Shown one piece after another: positions 55,420 to 64,000 of a stretch of DNA of 64,000 bases. The notes beneath the pieces were generated by a model. That model searched no databases. It had not been told where the DNA came from and was given only the letters and a program-made list of their open reading frames with translations. The position numbers and the translations under genes were made by a program. The stretch comes from Candidatus Hydrogenedentota bacterium (GTDB lineage Bacteria > Hydrogenedentota > Hydrogenedentia > Hydrogenedentales > GCA-2746185): assembly GCA_046583315.1 (NCBI GenBank), contig JAYGCN010000052.1, positions 15,236 through 79,235 on the forward strand, read 5' to 3'. Positions within the stretch are counted from its first letter, which is position 1, and every line of letters starts with the position of its first letter.

Positions 55420-56352
55420 TTGCGCACCTGGTGGCACGCGTTTCCATTTTCTTCAACCGCCTTCGGGGTTGTATTTCTTTTTGTCGGTGTTCGGGGGTTA
55501 TTAGCCCCGGCTATTCATCTTGAACCCTTTCCGGGATCCGGGTTGGTGTGTCGGTTCGTGATAACGCTGGGGCGGTATTTTGCGGCCTTGGGGGTTTGGA
55601 CTCTTCGTTTAGGATTCCCAATCAAGTTGGGAATGACACAGGGGGGGATGCTATACTCGCGAATACTTAATGGTTTAACTATTTTTGTTTTCGCGATGAT
55701 CGCGGAACGTGTTGACCAGGAAAATTCAGTGACCGAGCCCTTGAACATAGAATCGATTCGTGATGCCATGGCCTCGCATGAACCGGACACGCGGGCGTCC
55801 GAGAATGCGACGCGTAACGCTGCGGTCGCGATGATTATTGCCAATCACGAAGAACTTGATCTTGCTGCGTTATTTATCCAACGGGCCGAACATCCCGGTG
55901 ATCCCTGGTCCGGACAGATGGCGATGCCCGGCGGTCGTAACGAAGATTCCGATGCGAGTTATCAACATGCAGCGATGCGTGAGACCCTCGAAGAAGTGGG
56001 CGTCACCCTGACGGACGAGATGTGCATCGGACGACTCCACGATTTGTACGGTGGGCGACTCGAAGCGCATCGCATGGCCGTGTCGCCTTACGTGTTTGAC
56101 GTGGGTCCCGTGCCGAAAGTGACGCTGAATTACGAAGTGGCCGATACGGTGTGGGTGCCGCTCGAATTCATGCGGTATCCCGAAAATACGACGCCCTATG
56201 TATTTCATCTTGATCCGGAAGGACGCGAATTCCCCGCGTTTCGATACGAAAGCTATACGATTTGGGGATTGACCTTTCGAATCCTCGCCAACTTCTATCG
56301 TACGCTGGGCATTGAACATCCCGCCGACCCCATTGCCACGGACGTGGAATAA
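55420..56352 (+). CDS. NUDIX hydrolase (CoA-pyrophosphatase-like), possibly with an N-terminal hydrophobic extension
   Basis: NUDIX box GGRNEDSDASYQHAAMRETLEEVGV, preceded by NAAVAMII...RAEHPGDPWSGQMAMPGG (NudL/NUDT7-like). The start is uncertain: TTG 55420, or ATG 55633, 55648 or 55696. Confidence 0.75.
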   Translation: MRTWWHAFPFSSTAFGVVFLFVGVRGLLAPAIHLEPFPGSGLVCRFVITLGRYFAALGVWTLRLGFPIKLGMTQGGMLYSRILNGLTIFVFAMIAERVDQENSVTEPLNIESIRDAMASHEPDTRASENATRNAAVAMIIANHEELDLAALFIQRAEHPGDPWSGQMAMPGGRNEDSDASYQHAAMRETLEEVGVTLTDEMCIGRLHDLYGGRLEAHRMAVSPYVFDVGPVPKVTLNYEVADTVWVPLEFMRYPENTTPYVFHLDPEGREFPAFRYESYTIWGLTFRILANFYRTLGIEHPADPIATDVE

Positions 56353-56405
56353 ACTGCGCATAGCCGATTGTGGTTTAATGGGTCATTCAATACGCAGGAG
56401 GCACG

Positions 56406-57404
56406 ATGGAATATACACAAGACATGATCACGGAAATGCGCGCGTCGATTTCACTCGAAGGCGTGTATGCGGCGCGCAAGGTTATTGAGGATTTCCTGAG
56501 TCCCACACCGCTGCTGGAACATCCACTGTTAATTGAAGCACTTGGATTTCCGATACACGTTAAACACGAGAACCACTTACCCACGGGCGCATTCAAAATT
56601 CGCGGCGGCTACAACTACATGGCCCGACTCTCCGATGATGAACGCGCCATCGGCGTGATTACGGCCACGCGCGGCAATCACGGGCAGTCTATCGCGTTGG
56701 CGGCACGTGACTTTGGGGTACGCGCGGTGATTGTCGTGCCACACGGAAACAATCCTGAAAAAAACGCGGCCATACGCGCCTTCGGTGCCGAGTTGGTTGA
56801 GTATGGAAAGGACTACGACGAAGCGCGGGAGTATTGTGGCGCGTTAATGGAGAAAGAGGGGCTACGGTACATTCATTCTGGCAATGAACCCGACCTCATT
56901 CACGGTGTCGGCACCTACAATCTGGAAATCCTCGAAGCATTGCCCGAAATCGATACTATAATTCTTCCCATTGGAGGCGGAAGCTCTGTGTGTGGGGCGA
57001 TTACTGTGTATCGTGCGCTGAAACCAGAGGTTCGCATCATCGGTGTGCAGGCTGCGAATGCGCCGTGCGTTTACGAGAGCTGGAAGGCCGGACACGTCGT
57101 CACCACCGAAAGCGCGGACACCTTCGCCGATGGACTGGCCACGCGTGTGCCGATGGAGTTGCCACTCTCGATCATCAGCGACGAAATCGACGAGATTATC
57201 ACCGTTACTGAAGAAGAAATTCGACGTGCGGCGAAATTGATCATCACGACCACGCACAATCTCGCGGAAGGGGCTGGCGCGGCCTCAATTGCGGGTGCCT
57301 ACGCCATTCGGGAGCAGCTTGCCGGCAAGACCGTTGTTGCGGTTCTTTCTGGCGGTAATCTGGCCCGGGACACGCTCCGCTGGGTGTTGGAAGCCCAAGA
57401 TTAA
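56406..57404 (+). CDS. Threonine/serine dehydratase-family PLP enzyme (no ACT regulatory domain)
   Basis: PLP-lysine motif PTGAFKIRGG, the glycine loop LPIGGGSSVCG, and a 332-aa catalytic domain only. Confidence 0.82.
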   Translation: MEYTQDMITEMRASISLEGVYAARKVIEDFLSPTPLLEHPLLIEALGFPIHVKHENHLPTGAFKIRGGYNYMARLSDDERAIGVITATRGNHGQSIALAARDFGVRAVIVVPHGNNPEKNAAIRAFGAELVEYGKDYDEAREYCGALMEKEGLRYIHSGNEPDLIHGVGTYNLEILEALPEIDTIILPIGGGSSVCGAITVYRALKPEVRIIGVQAANAPCVYESWKAGHVVTTESADTFADGLATRVPMELPLSIISDEIDEIITVTEEEIRRAAKLIITTTHNLAEGAGAASIAGAYAIREQLAGKTVVAVLSGGNLARDTLRWVLEAQD

Positions 57405-57525
57405 GGGTAGTCGGTACCCGTAGGCAGACAGGGTGTGTTATTCTAGCGGCAAGGGGATTAGTGAACTCGAGGCGCGATTTCGGGTTTAATGTACATTCTG
57501 ATGCACATCACACGGATTTAAAGGA

Positions 57526-58899
57526 ATGACCATGAAATTGCGCGTTATGTTTATGCTGGTCTGCACGGTGGGTTTGACCGTTCAGACCTGGTCCGATTCA
57601 CATGAAACATCGGCCCCGCTACCCTCCGTATTGTCACTCGAAGAAGCACAACGAATCGCGCTTTCTGAGAATCCAACGCTCAAGGCGGCGCGGGATCGCG
57701 TCGATCAGGCGGCGGCGATTTTGCAGCAGGCCATGTCCGAATATCTCCCTTCAGTGACCTCTTCGGTTACCGCTTCATTTACCGATATTTCCGACAACGA
57801 CGTTGTGCAGGGACAGGCGCTGGCCATGTTTTCCGGTGGGTCATTCGACGACACAATTGAAAATTATGATGCCAACATTACGGCAAGCTACCTTTTGTTC
57901 GACGGATTCGGCAGAAAATTTCGCCGTGTCCTGGCATCACTGGGTACGGATCGTAGCGAAGCGACTCGTCGCGAGACACAACGGCTCTTGCTCAATGCCG
58001 TCGCGCTTTCTTATTACAACGTGCAGCTTTCGCGCGAAAACGTTCGCATTGCCGAAGCCGACGAAGCCTTCAACGAACGTCAGTTGAACGAAGCCAAGGC
58101 GCGATTTGATGTTGGGCAAGGGTCGCTCAGCGACAAGCTGAACTTTGAGGTTCGCATTCGCGCGGCCCAAACAGCAGTGCTTGTGGCAGACTCCGGTCAC
58201 GATGTTGCCATGATCGCGTTGGTGCAATTGATGGGTGTTACACGTGATCGCGTTTCTGAAGATACTGACGTGGCACCACTTAAAATGGAAACGGATGCCG
58301 ATCTGACTCTACCCGACGTGAACGAAGGTATCGCCTATTCGCTCGTGCACCGTCCAGACTGGCTGGAGACGCAATACATCCACGAGCAGACCGAGGCGTC
58401 CGTCAAACTCGCGAAATCGACCTATTTCCCAAGCCTCTTTGCCTCTGCATCGGGTGATGCACGCCGTGGAGACAATGCCTATTTCGAGGAAGACGATATC
58501 TCCGGAACGGTTGCCATTCAGGGGCAATACAGCATTTACCTGGGTGGGCGACGCCGCGCGCAGCTACACGAAAGCAAAGCGGTCGAGCGTGAATTGAGCC
58601 ACGTGTTGGAGAGCCAGGAAATTCAGATTACGGCGGAAGTATTGGATGCGGTGCGTCGACTCGAAACCGCCCAGCGTGTGCTGGAGCTACAACGCGAGAC
58701 CACCTCGCTGGTCGAGCAAAACCGCGACCTGGTAGAAAAGGAATACAACGCGGGTCAAGGGTCTCTGGTTCGATTGAATCAAGCGCAACGTGACCTGATT
58801 TCCCAGCAGGCGAGTCTTGCACTGGCGCGGGTTTCGCTGCATCAGAACTGGGTCGACCTGCGTACCGCTACGGCTGTGATTTTGGAGGACGTTAAGTAG
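57526..58899 (+). CDS. TolC-family outer-membrane efflux protein
   Basis: Signal peptide, then LSLEEAQRIALSENPTLKAA, and the duplicated alpha/beta repeat structure typical of OMF proteins. Confidence 0.85.
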   Translation: MTMKLRVMFMLVCTVGLTVQTWSDSHETSAPLPSVLSLEEAQRIALSENPTLKAARDRVDQAAAILQQAMSEYLPSVTSSVTASFTDISDNDVVQGQALAMFSGGSFDDTIENYDANITASYLLFDGFGRKFRRVLASLGTDRSEATRRETQRLLLNAVALSYYNVQLSRENVRIAEADEAFNERQLNEAKARFDVGQGSLSDKLNFEVRIRAAQTAVLVADSGHDVAMIALVQLMGVTRDRVSEDTDVAPLKMETDADLTLPDVNEGIAYSLVHRPDWLETQYIHEQTEASVKLAKSTYFPSLFASASGDARRGDNAYFEEDDISGTVAIQGQYSIYLGGRRRAQLHESKAVERELSHVLESQEIQITAEVLDAVRRLETAQRVLELQRETTSLVEQNRDLVEKEYNAGQGSLVRLNQAQRDLISQQASLALARVSLHQNWVDLRTATAVILEDVK

Positions 58900-58915
58900 A
58901 GTTCGAGGGGGTATC

Positions 58916-59656
58916 TTGACTGACCATAAACATTTCAAAGATCGAAACAAGGTTTCCAACTGGATATGGGCACGTAAATTCAGGGTCCTCTTGTTCATGC
59001 TTGTGAGTGTGCTCGTCTCCTATCCCTATCTGCAGGCCGAAGGTCGCACCGGCAGGACGCTCTTCGAAGTTCTCTTTACGGCATTGCTGTTCGTATCGAC
59101 CTATGTACTCTGTGACACGCGGCGGAACACCACTATCGCTCTCGTACTAGGATTACCTGCTGTCATCGCTCATCTCATCTATGTGATCTTTCCCGAATCA
59201 TTCTCCTACGGCTTCCCCATGGGGACCTTCGTTATTTTTTACGCGTATATGACCTTCACCGCGCTACGCCATGTCGCCACACCCGACAAAGTTACCGCTG
59301 ATATTCTCGCCGGTGCGGTCTGCGTTTACCTCCTGATCGGTATGGTGTGGGCCATGGTCTTCGCGTATTTGGAGCATTCGCTTCCAGGTTCATTCGTAAG
59401 CGTGCTCAGCGGCGATCCAATCACTGGGGCCATCGGAGGGGATACCCAGGATACTCATTTCACGCTCTTCCTCTACTTTAGCTACACAACCTTAACCACC
59501 CTTGGATACGGAGATATACTTCCCAAAACGGCCTCCGCGCGATCCCTCACCAGTCTTGAGGCCATCACGGGTGTCCTGTACATCGGAGCATTCGTGGCCA
59601 GACTCATTTCAGCTTATCAGCCGAAACGTCGCCGGACAGACGTAATCGACCAATGA
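58916..59656 (+). CDS. Two-TM potassium channel family protein
   Basis: Selectivity filter TTLTTLGYGDI between two C-terminal TM helices, with additional N-terminal TM segments. The TTG start is uncertain. Confidence 0.8.
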   Translation: MTDHKHFKDRNKVSNWIWARKFRVLLFMLVSVLVSYPYLQAEGRTGRTLFEVLFTALLFVSTYVLCDTRRNTTIALVLGLPAVIAHLIYVIFPESFSYGFPMGTFVIFYAYMTFTALRHVATPDKVTADILAGAVCVYLLIGMVWAMVFAYLEHSLPGSFVSVLSGDPITGAIGGDTQDTHFTLFLYFSYTTLTTLGYGDILPKTASARSLTSLEAITGVLYIGAFVARLISAYQPKRRRTDVIDQ

Positions 59657-59662
59657 CTGGTT

Positions 59663-59698
59663 AAATTAGCCAATTTTGATGGTATTTTTGGCTAAATT
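59663..59698. promoter_or_regulatory. Candidate upstream activator (enhancer) site for the psp sigma-54 promoter
   Basis: Inverted repeat AAATTAGCCAA (59663-59673) / TTGGCTAAATT (59688-59698); the central 8 bp are perfect, with a 14-bp spacer. It is centred ~110 bp upstream of the -24/-12 element. Confidence 0.4.
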
Positions 59699-59780
59699 AG
59701 ACGCATTAACCATACTTCAATTTCACCCAATACTTCACTAAGTTGTTTATTTTCAAGTAATTACAACTTATTCCGCTACT

Positions 59781-59796
59781 TGGCACCTCGATTGCG
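59781..59796 (+). promoter_or_regulatory. Sigma-54 (-24/-12) promoter of pspA
   Basis: TGGCAC-CTCGA-TTGC gives the exact GG-N10-GC consensus spacing, 70 nt upstream of the pspA ATG. Confidence 0.8.
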
Positions 59797-59865
59797 ATAA
59801 CCACTGCATAGACACATTGAATAAAGCGTAGTCGCTTGCAGTAGTTAACAACAGGAGGTGTCATC

Positions 59866-60558
59866 ATGGGAATCTTTACCCGAGCACGAGACATTGTCAA
59901 CTCGAATATTAATGCGGCGCTGGACAAGGCCGAAAATCCCGAAAAACTGATCCGCCACATGATTCGCGAGATGGAAGACACACTCGTCGAAATCAAAGCA
60001 GCCTGTGCAGGTGCGATGGCCGGTCGCAAAAAAGCTGAACGTGACACGGATGACGCGCAGTCCCTGATCAATCACTGGACCGAACGCGCAGAGCTCGCCG
60101 TTGAACGTGGACGCGAGAATCTGGCGCGCGAAGCCCTTCGCGCCAAACAGCGTTACCAGGGTGATGTAGAAACCACCCAGAACGTGATCGACCAACTCAG
60201 CGGACTTGTCGATCAGTACAAGAGCGACATCCTACAGATCGAAAATAAACTTCAGGGTGCTCGCGAAAAACAACGCGTACTGACGCAGCGTCACGTACAC
60301 GCCGTGCAGCATAAACGCGCTCTGATGCAAATCCGTAAACTGGATACCTCCAACGCGATGATTCGTTTCGAGGAATTCGAACAGCGCCTGGATCGCTCCG
60401 AGGCCGAAGGCGAATTGGTCAATTTCGGTCGCCCGAAACCTTTCTCGCTGGAACAGGAATTCGTGAAGATGGAGTGCGACGAATCCATTGAGAGCGAACT
60501 GGAAGCACTCAAAGCGAAAGTGAATAAGAAACAAACGACCGAAGTTGCGATAGCCTAA
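59866..60558 (+). CDS. pspA: Phage shock protein A (PspA/IM30 family)
   Basis: MGIFTRARDIVNSNINAALDKAENPEKLIRHMIREMEDTL is the canonical PspA N-terminus. The rest is coiled-coil. AGGAGG RBS. Confidence 0.92.
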   Translation: MGIFTRARDIVNSNINAALDKAENPEKLIRHMIREMEDTLVEIKAACAGAMAGRKKAERDTDDAQSLINHWTERAELAVERGRENLAREALRAKQRYQGDVETTQNVIDQLSGLVDQYKSDILQIENKLQGAREKQRVLTQRHVHAVQHKRALMQIRKLDTSNAMIRFEEFEQRLDRSEAEGELVNFGRPKPFSLEQEFVKMECDESIESELEALKAKVNKKQTTEVAIA

Positions 60559-60598
60559 CTTGAACCCGGCAACCAGAAAGCCGAAAGGAGTATAAATC

Positions 60599-60823
60599 AT
60601 GAGTTACTATGGATACGAACGAACAGGAATGTACCGGTCCCGCGATGGGATGGTTGCCGGAGTATGCCGAGGCATCGCAGAATATTTTGACATCTCAGTA
60701 TTTGTCACCCGCGGGATTGCTGTATTCATGTTACTCTGCACAGGTGTCTGGCCAACACTCGGCCTCTACCTGCTCGCTGCATTGGTGATGAAGAAAGAAC
60801 CTTACGTGCGCTGGGGTAACTAA
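60599..60823 (+). CDS. pspC: PspC-domain membrane protein
   Basis: MYRSRDGMVAGVCRGIAEYFDISVFVTRGIAVFMLL matches the PspC domain and is followed by a TM segment. AAGGAG RBS. Confidence 0.85.
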   Translation: MSYYGYERTGMYRSRDGMVAGVCRGIAEYFDISVFVTRGIAVFMLLCTGVWPTLGLYLLAALVMKKEPYVRWGN

Positions 60824-60848
60824 CTCGCAAGCGAAATTCGAAGCAAAC

Positions 60849-60889
60849 ACCCGTCGCCGGACTTCAAATCCGGCGGCGGGTTTCTTTTT
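60849..60889 (+). terminator. Rho-independent terminator after pspC
   Basis: 13-bp stem ACCCGTCGCCGGA / TCCGGCGGCGGGT (one G-U pair), a 7-nt loop, then TTCTTTTT. Confidence 0.85.
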
Positions 60890-60944
60890 GTGGACGAGGT
60901 GCATCTGATATGCTTTTCGAACTGATTCAATCGGACTGAAAGGG

Positions 60945-62888
60945 ATGCGCGTGCACCTCCATTTGTTACGATTCGTACCATTTTGCCTGATTCTATTGGC
61001 CGTTGTTGTCGCCTATGCGGACGAATGCGCTTTCGATGGCGCGTCGTCCGACTGGCATGGATTCACCTTACACGAATTCGAAGTCGATGGCCGTGCCTGC
61101 AAGGTGGTGTGCCCGGAAACGGCTGAGGACGGCAAACCGTGGATCTGGCGCGCGCGATTCTGGGGGCATGAGCCGCAGACGGATATCGCGCTGCTCAATG
61201 CTGGATTTCACGTCGCCTATATGGAGGTCGGCGCGCTCTTTGGCAATCCAACGGCGGTCGCGCATTGGGATGTTTTTCATGCCTACCTGACTGGGGAGTA
61301 TGGATTCTCGTCCAAACCCGCGCTCGAAGGCATGAGCCGTGGCGGTCTCATCATTTACAATTGGGCCATTGCGAATCCCGACAAGGTCGCGTGTATTTAT
61401 GCCGATGCGCCCGTGCTGGACATTCGAAGCTGGCCGGGTGGAAAAGGAAACGGTAAGGGGTCGGAATCCGATTGGCGCGCGTGTATGCGGCGATACAAAT
61501 TGACCGAAGAGACGGCCTCCAGCTTTTATGGAAACCCTATCGATAATCTGAGACCGCTTGCGGATGCAGGAATTCCATTGTTGCACGTCGTCGGTGCCGC
61601 GGACGAGGTCGTGCCAGTCGCGGAAAACTCCGCCATTCTCGAAGAACGTTACAAAGAACTCGGTGGTACCATTCACGTCATTTCGAAAGAAGGCGTTGGG
61701 CACCATCCGCATAGCCTGAAAGATCCCAAGGTTATCGTCAACTTCGTGCGCGGCTATGCCAGTGGAATCGGCGATCCTTACTTTGAAGTTCGCAGTGGCC
61801 TCTCAAACTCAGGACTGAGTTTTGCTCAAAAGAAAGACGGGCGCGTCGCATTTCTTGGTGGCTCCATAACAGAAATGACGGGTTGGCGTGAGAAGACTTC
61901 CGCTGATCTGCAACGTCGTTTTCCCGATACCGAATTCGATTTTATTGACGCGGGAATCGCCTCTACGGACAGCACGTATCACGCATTCCGACTTGAAGAC
62001 CACGTTTTCGGGCGTGGTAAGGTCGATTTGCTCTTCATCGAATCCACCGTGAATGAGCAGCACAATATGCGCGAACAGCAGGAACGGATTCGGGGGCTGG
62101 AGGGCATTATTCGCCATGCCCGCACACTTAATCCTGAGATCGACATTATCGTGCAATACTTCATTGACCCCGCGCAGATGGATTATTGGGAAAAAGGGGA
62201 GGTTCCCCCGATCATCCTCGATCAGGACCGGGTGACCCGGCATTACAACGTGCCCGCCATCAATCTATCGCGCGAAATTAGTGATCAGATTATGGCTGGC
62301 AACTTTGAATGGGAAGACTTCGGCGATGCGCATCCGAAACCCTTTGGTCACGAAATCTACGCGAATCGTATTGCTCGATTGTTTGATGCGGCGTGGGGTG
62401 GAGGCGTGTTGGATACTGCTACGGTGTCGAGCCACGAAACGCCCGTCACTTCAATCGACCCCTTCAATTATCAACGTGGCCGATTCGTCGATATTCAGAA
62501 AGCCGAGGTCATCTTGGGCTGGAACTATGTCGACGATTGGAAACCATCCGACCGCGCGGGACGGCGCAAACAATTCATCAACGTACCTGCCCTCGAAGCG
62601 CTCAAATCCGGCGCGGATTTCGTCATGCCCTTCGAAGGCACCGGAATAGGCATCATGGTTACCGCTGGCCCCGACGTGGGCATTCTTGAATACTCCATCG
62701 ATGGCATCGACTATCCGCCTCTCGATCAATTCACAAAATGGAGCGAAGGATTGCACATTCCCTGGGCCTACATGCTCGCCACCGAGCTCGAAGTCGGCAC
62801 GCATCGACTCACAATAAGGACCAGCGACAAGAAAAACGAAAAAAGCAAAGGATACGCCAGTCGTATCCAACAATTTTTGGTGAATTAA
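60945..62888 (+). CDS. Secreted two-domain carbohydrate esterase (alpha/beta-hydrolase + SGNH/GDSL hydrolase)
   Basis: Signal peptide. Nucleophile elbow GMSRGG with a downstream D/H region (VGAADEV...GVGHHPH). A second domain has SGNH block I (VAFLGGSITE) and block V (DAHPKPFGHEIYA). Confidence 0.7.
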   Translation: MRVHLHLLRFVPFCLILLAVVVAYADECAFDGASSDWHGFTLHEFEVDGRACKVVCPETAEDGKPWIWRARFWGHEPQTDIALLNAGFHVAYMEVGALFGNPTAVAHWDVFHAYLTGEYGFSSKPALEGMSRGGLIIYNWAIANPDKVACIYADAPVLDIRSWPGGKGNGKGSESDWRACMRRYKLTEETASSFYGNPIDNLRPLADAGIPLLHVVGAADEVVPVAENSAILEERYKELGGTIHVISKEGVGHHPHSLKDPKVIVNFVRGYASGIGDPYFEVRSGLSNSGLSFAQKKDGRVAFLGGSITEMTGWREKTSADLQRRFPDTEFDFIDAGIASTDSTYHAFRLEDHVFGRGKVDLLFIESTVNEQHNMREQQERIRGLEGIIRHARTLNPEIDIIVQYFIDPAQMDYWEKGEVPPIILDQDRVTRHYNVPAINLSREISDQIMAGNFEWEDFGDAHPKPFGHEIYANRIARLFDAAWGGGVLDTATVSSHETPVTSIDPFNYQRGRFVDIQKAEVILGWNYVDDWKPSDRAGRRKQFINVPALEALKSGADFVMPFEGTGIGIMVTAGPDVGILEYSIDGIDYPPLDQFTKWSEGLHIPWAYMLATELEVGTHRLTIRTSDKKNEKSKGYASRIQQFLVN

Positions 62889-62908
62889 GAACAAACAGAA
62901 AGAGTTTT

Positions 62909-64000
62909 ATGACGAAACGTATCGCATCAGCAACAATGATGATTCTGGTCTCGCTCTCTTCGGCGATGAGCGTGGCCTTCGAAAACACCACCCTCTCCGG
63001 CATGGAGCAACTCACCTGGAACGAGGTCGCGCCCGGGGTATGGTCTGCGCAGATTGGGGTGACGGAATCGATGACGTTTCGCGAGTTGGCTGGTGCACCG
63101 CCGCGTGTTGATGCGATGGAGGCGATGGGGGAGACGAAATTTCCTTTTGATGAGACGGCGACACGCGGTCAAGTAATCGGTACGCGTACCTCCGTGCGAT
63201 TGCCCCTTGGTAAAACTGAACAGGTCTACGGTCTCGGCATGCAGTTCCGCAACATGAACCGACGCGGGCAAGTCTATCATCTGCGCACGGATCATTACGG
63301 CGGCAACCTCGGTCGCACGCATGCGCCGTCGCCTTTTTACGTGACCAGCGACGGGTATGGTGTTTTGTTCAATACCGTCAAGTGGATTTCGGTTTACCCC
63401 GGCGTGGGAAATCGCAAGGACAGCGACCTGCCGCCGATTCGCGATCGTACGACCGATCCCGCGTGGCAAGCGGTGCCGACATCCGATGCCGTAGAAGCCA
63501 GCGCGATAACGGAGGGCATGGAAATCCTCGTGTTTGCCGGACCGACCACGCTCGATGCCGTGCGTCGATACAATCTCTATTTCGGTGGCGGTCCTCTCGT
63601 GCCGCGTTGGGGACTCGGTTTCTGGCATCGCGTGCCGACGGCGGCTACGGATGAACAAGTCACTGCGGAGGTGGACGAATTCGCGAAACGTGATTTTCCG
63701 CTGGATGTGATTGGTCTTGAACCCGGCTGGCAGAGTTTCGCGTATCCGGGATCTTTTGATTGGAGTCCGAAGCGATTTCCCGATCCGGAAGCCTTTGTTG
63801 ATGCGATGACCGAACGCAATTTGAAAGTGAATCTTTGGGAGAATCCTTATATTTCGCCGGAGTCGTCCATTTTCGAAGAGATGAAACCGTACACCGGATC
63901 GCACATGGTTTGGCTGGGCGAAGTCCCCGACTACACGCTGCCCGAAGCGCGTGACCTCATCGCCGAGCATCATCAAAAATCGCATCTGGACATTGGCGTG
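62909..64000 (+). CDS. Glycoside hydrolase family 31 (alpha-glucosidase/alpha-xylosidase-like), 3'-truncated by the window edge
   Basis: Hand translation from ATG 62909 stays open to the window end. It shows a signal peptide MTKRIASATMMILVSLSSAMS, then YGLGMQF..., GGGPLVPRWGLGFWH and FPLDVIGLEPGWQ, typical of the region before the GH31 catalytic barrel. It is not in the ORF track because no stop lies in the window. Confidence 0.75.
   Translation, partial: MTKRIASATMMILVSLSSAMSVAFENTTLSGMEQLTWNEVAPGVWSAQIGVTESMTFRELAGAPPRVDAMEAMGETKFPFDETATRGQVIGTRTSVRLPLGKTEQVYGLGMQFRNMNRRGQVYHLRTDHYGGNLGRTHAPSPFYVTSDGYGVLFNTVKWISVYPGVGNRKDSDLPPIRDRTTDPAWQAVPTSDAVEASAITEGMEILVFAGPTTLDAVRRYNLYFGGGPLVPRWGLGFWHRVPTAATDEQVTAEVDEFAKRDFPLDVIGLEPGWQSFAYPGSFDWSPKRFPDPEAFVDAMTERNLKVNLWENPYISPESSIFEEMKPYTGSHMVWLGEVPDYTLPEARDLIAEHHQKSHLDIGV

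Noticed and set aside
62927-63985. 352-aa minus-strand ORF at the 3' end of the window
   Set aside because: It has an arginine-rich, motif-less translation. The plus strand from ATG 62909 encodes a clear signal peptide plus GH31 motifs and stays open to the window edge.

Overview
A 64-kb chromosomal segment from a Gram-negative bacterium, with most genes at roughly 55-63% GC by eye. The likely source is the PVC superphylum: it carries the PSCyt-DUF1549-DUF1553 + DUF1501 gene pair typical of Planctomycetota/Verrucomicrobiota, plus lpxK and TolC. All calls rest on reading the sequence and ORF translations and on remembered family motifs; no database search was run.

Most of the window is densely packed housekeeping:
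- two tandem RND efflux permeases
- tpiA-secG, murA, hisD-hisC, lpxK, dprA, tex
- ileS-dksA-lspA-lgt
- an FMN-riboswitch-controlled ribD-ribE-ribBA-ribH-nusB operon
- a phosphomannomutase, dtd and a threonine dehydratase
- TolC and a sigma-54-driven pspA-pspC pair
- a small CAZyme cluster (dual esterase + GH31) at the 3' edge

Accessory or unusual content:
1. A low-GC (~43%) gene sits 3 nt after hisC. It encodes a NucS-type PD-(D/E)xK nuclease domain fused to an uncharacterised, possibly PUA/EVE-like C-terminal domain, and is a candidate defence nuclease.
2. Two small low-GC cassettes (43.1-43.6 kb and 48.0-48.6 kb) each carry a decayed ORF and are each bounded by inverted copies of a CACCGCGGAG-type repeat. 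A perfect 22-nt inverted repeat also brackets the 4.4-kb block between them.
3. A wider family of intergenic arrays has 2-3 short cores at 8-10 nt spacing ending in GGTGAA-like termini. They lie just outside stop codons and are very dense in a 350-bp non-coding tract before the rib operon.
4. Three accessory genes are inactivated: an in-frame TAA, two in-frame TAGs, and a +1 frameshift at a G-run.
5. An NtrC-type regulator has degenerate GAFTGA and Walker B motifs.

No rRNA, tRNA, CRISPR array, transposase or integrase was seen.
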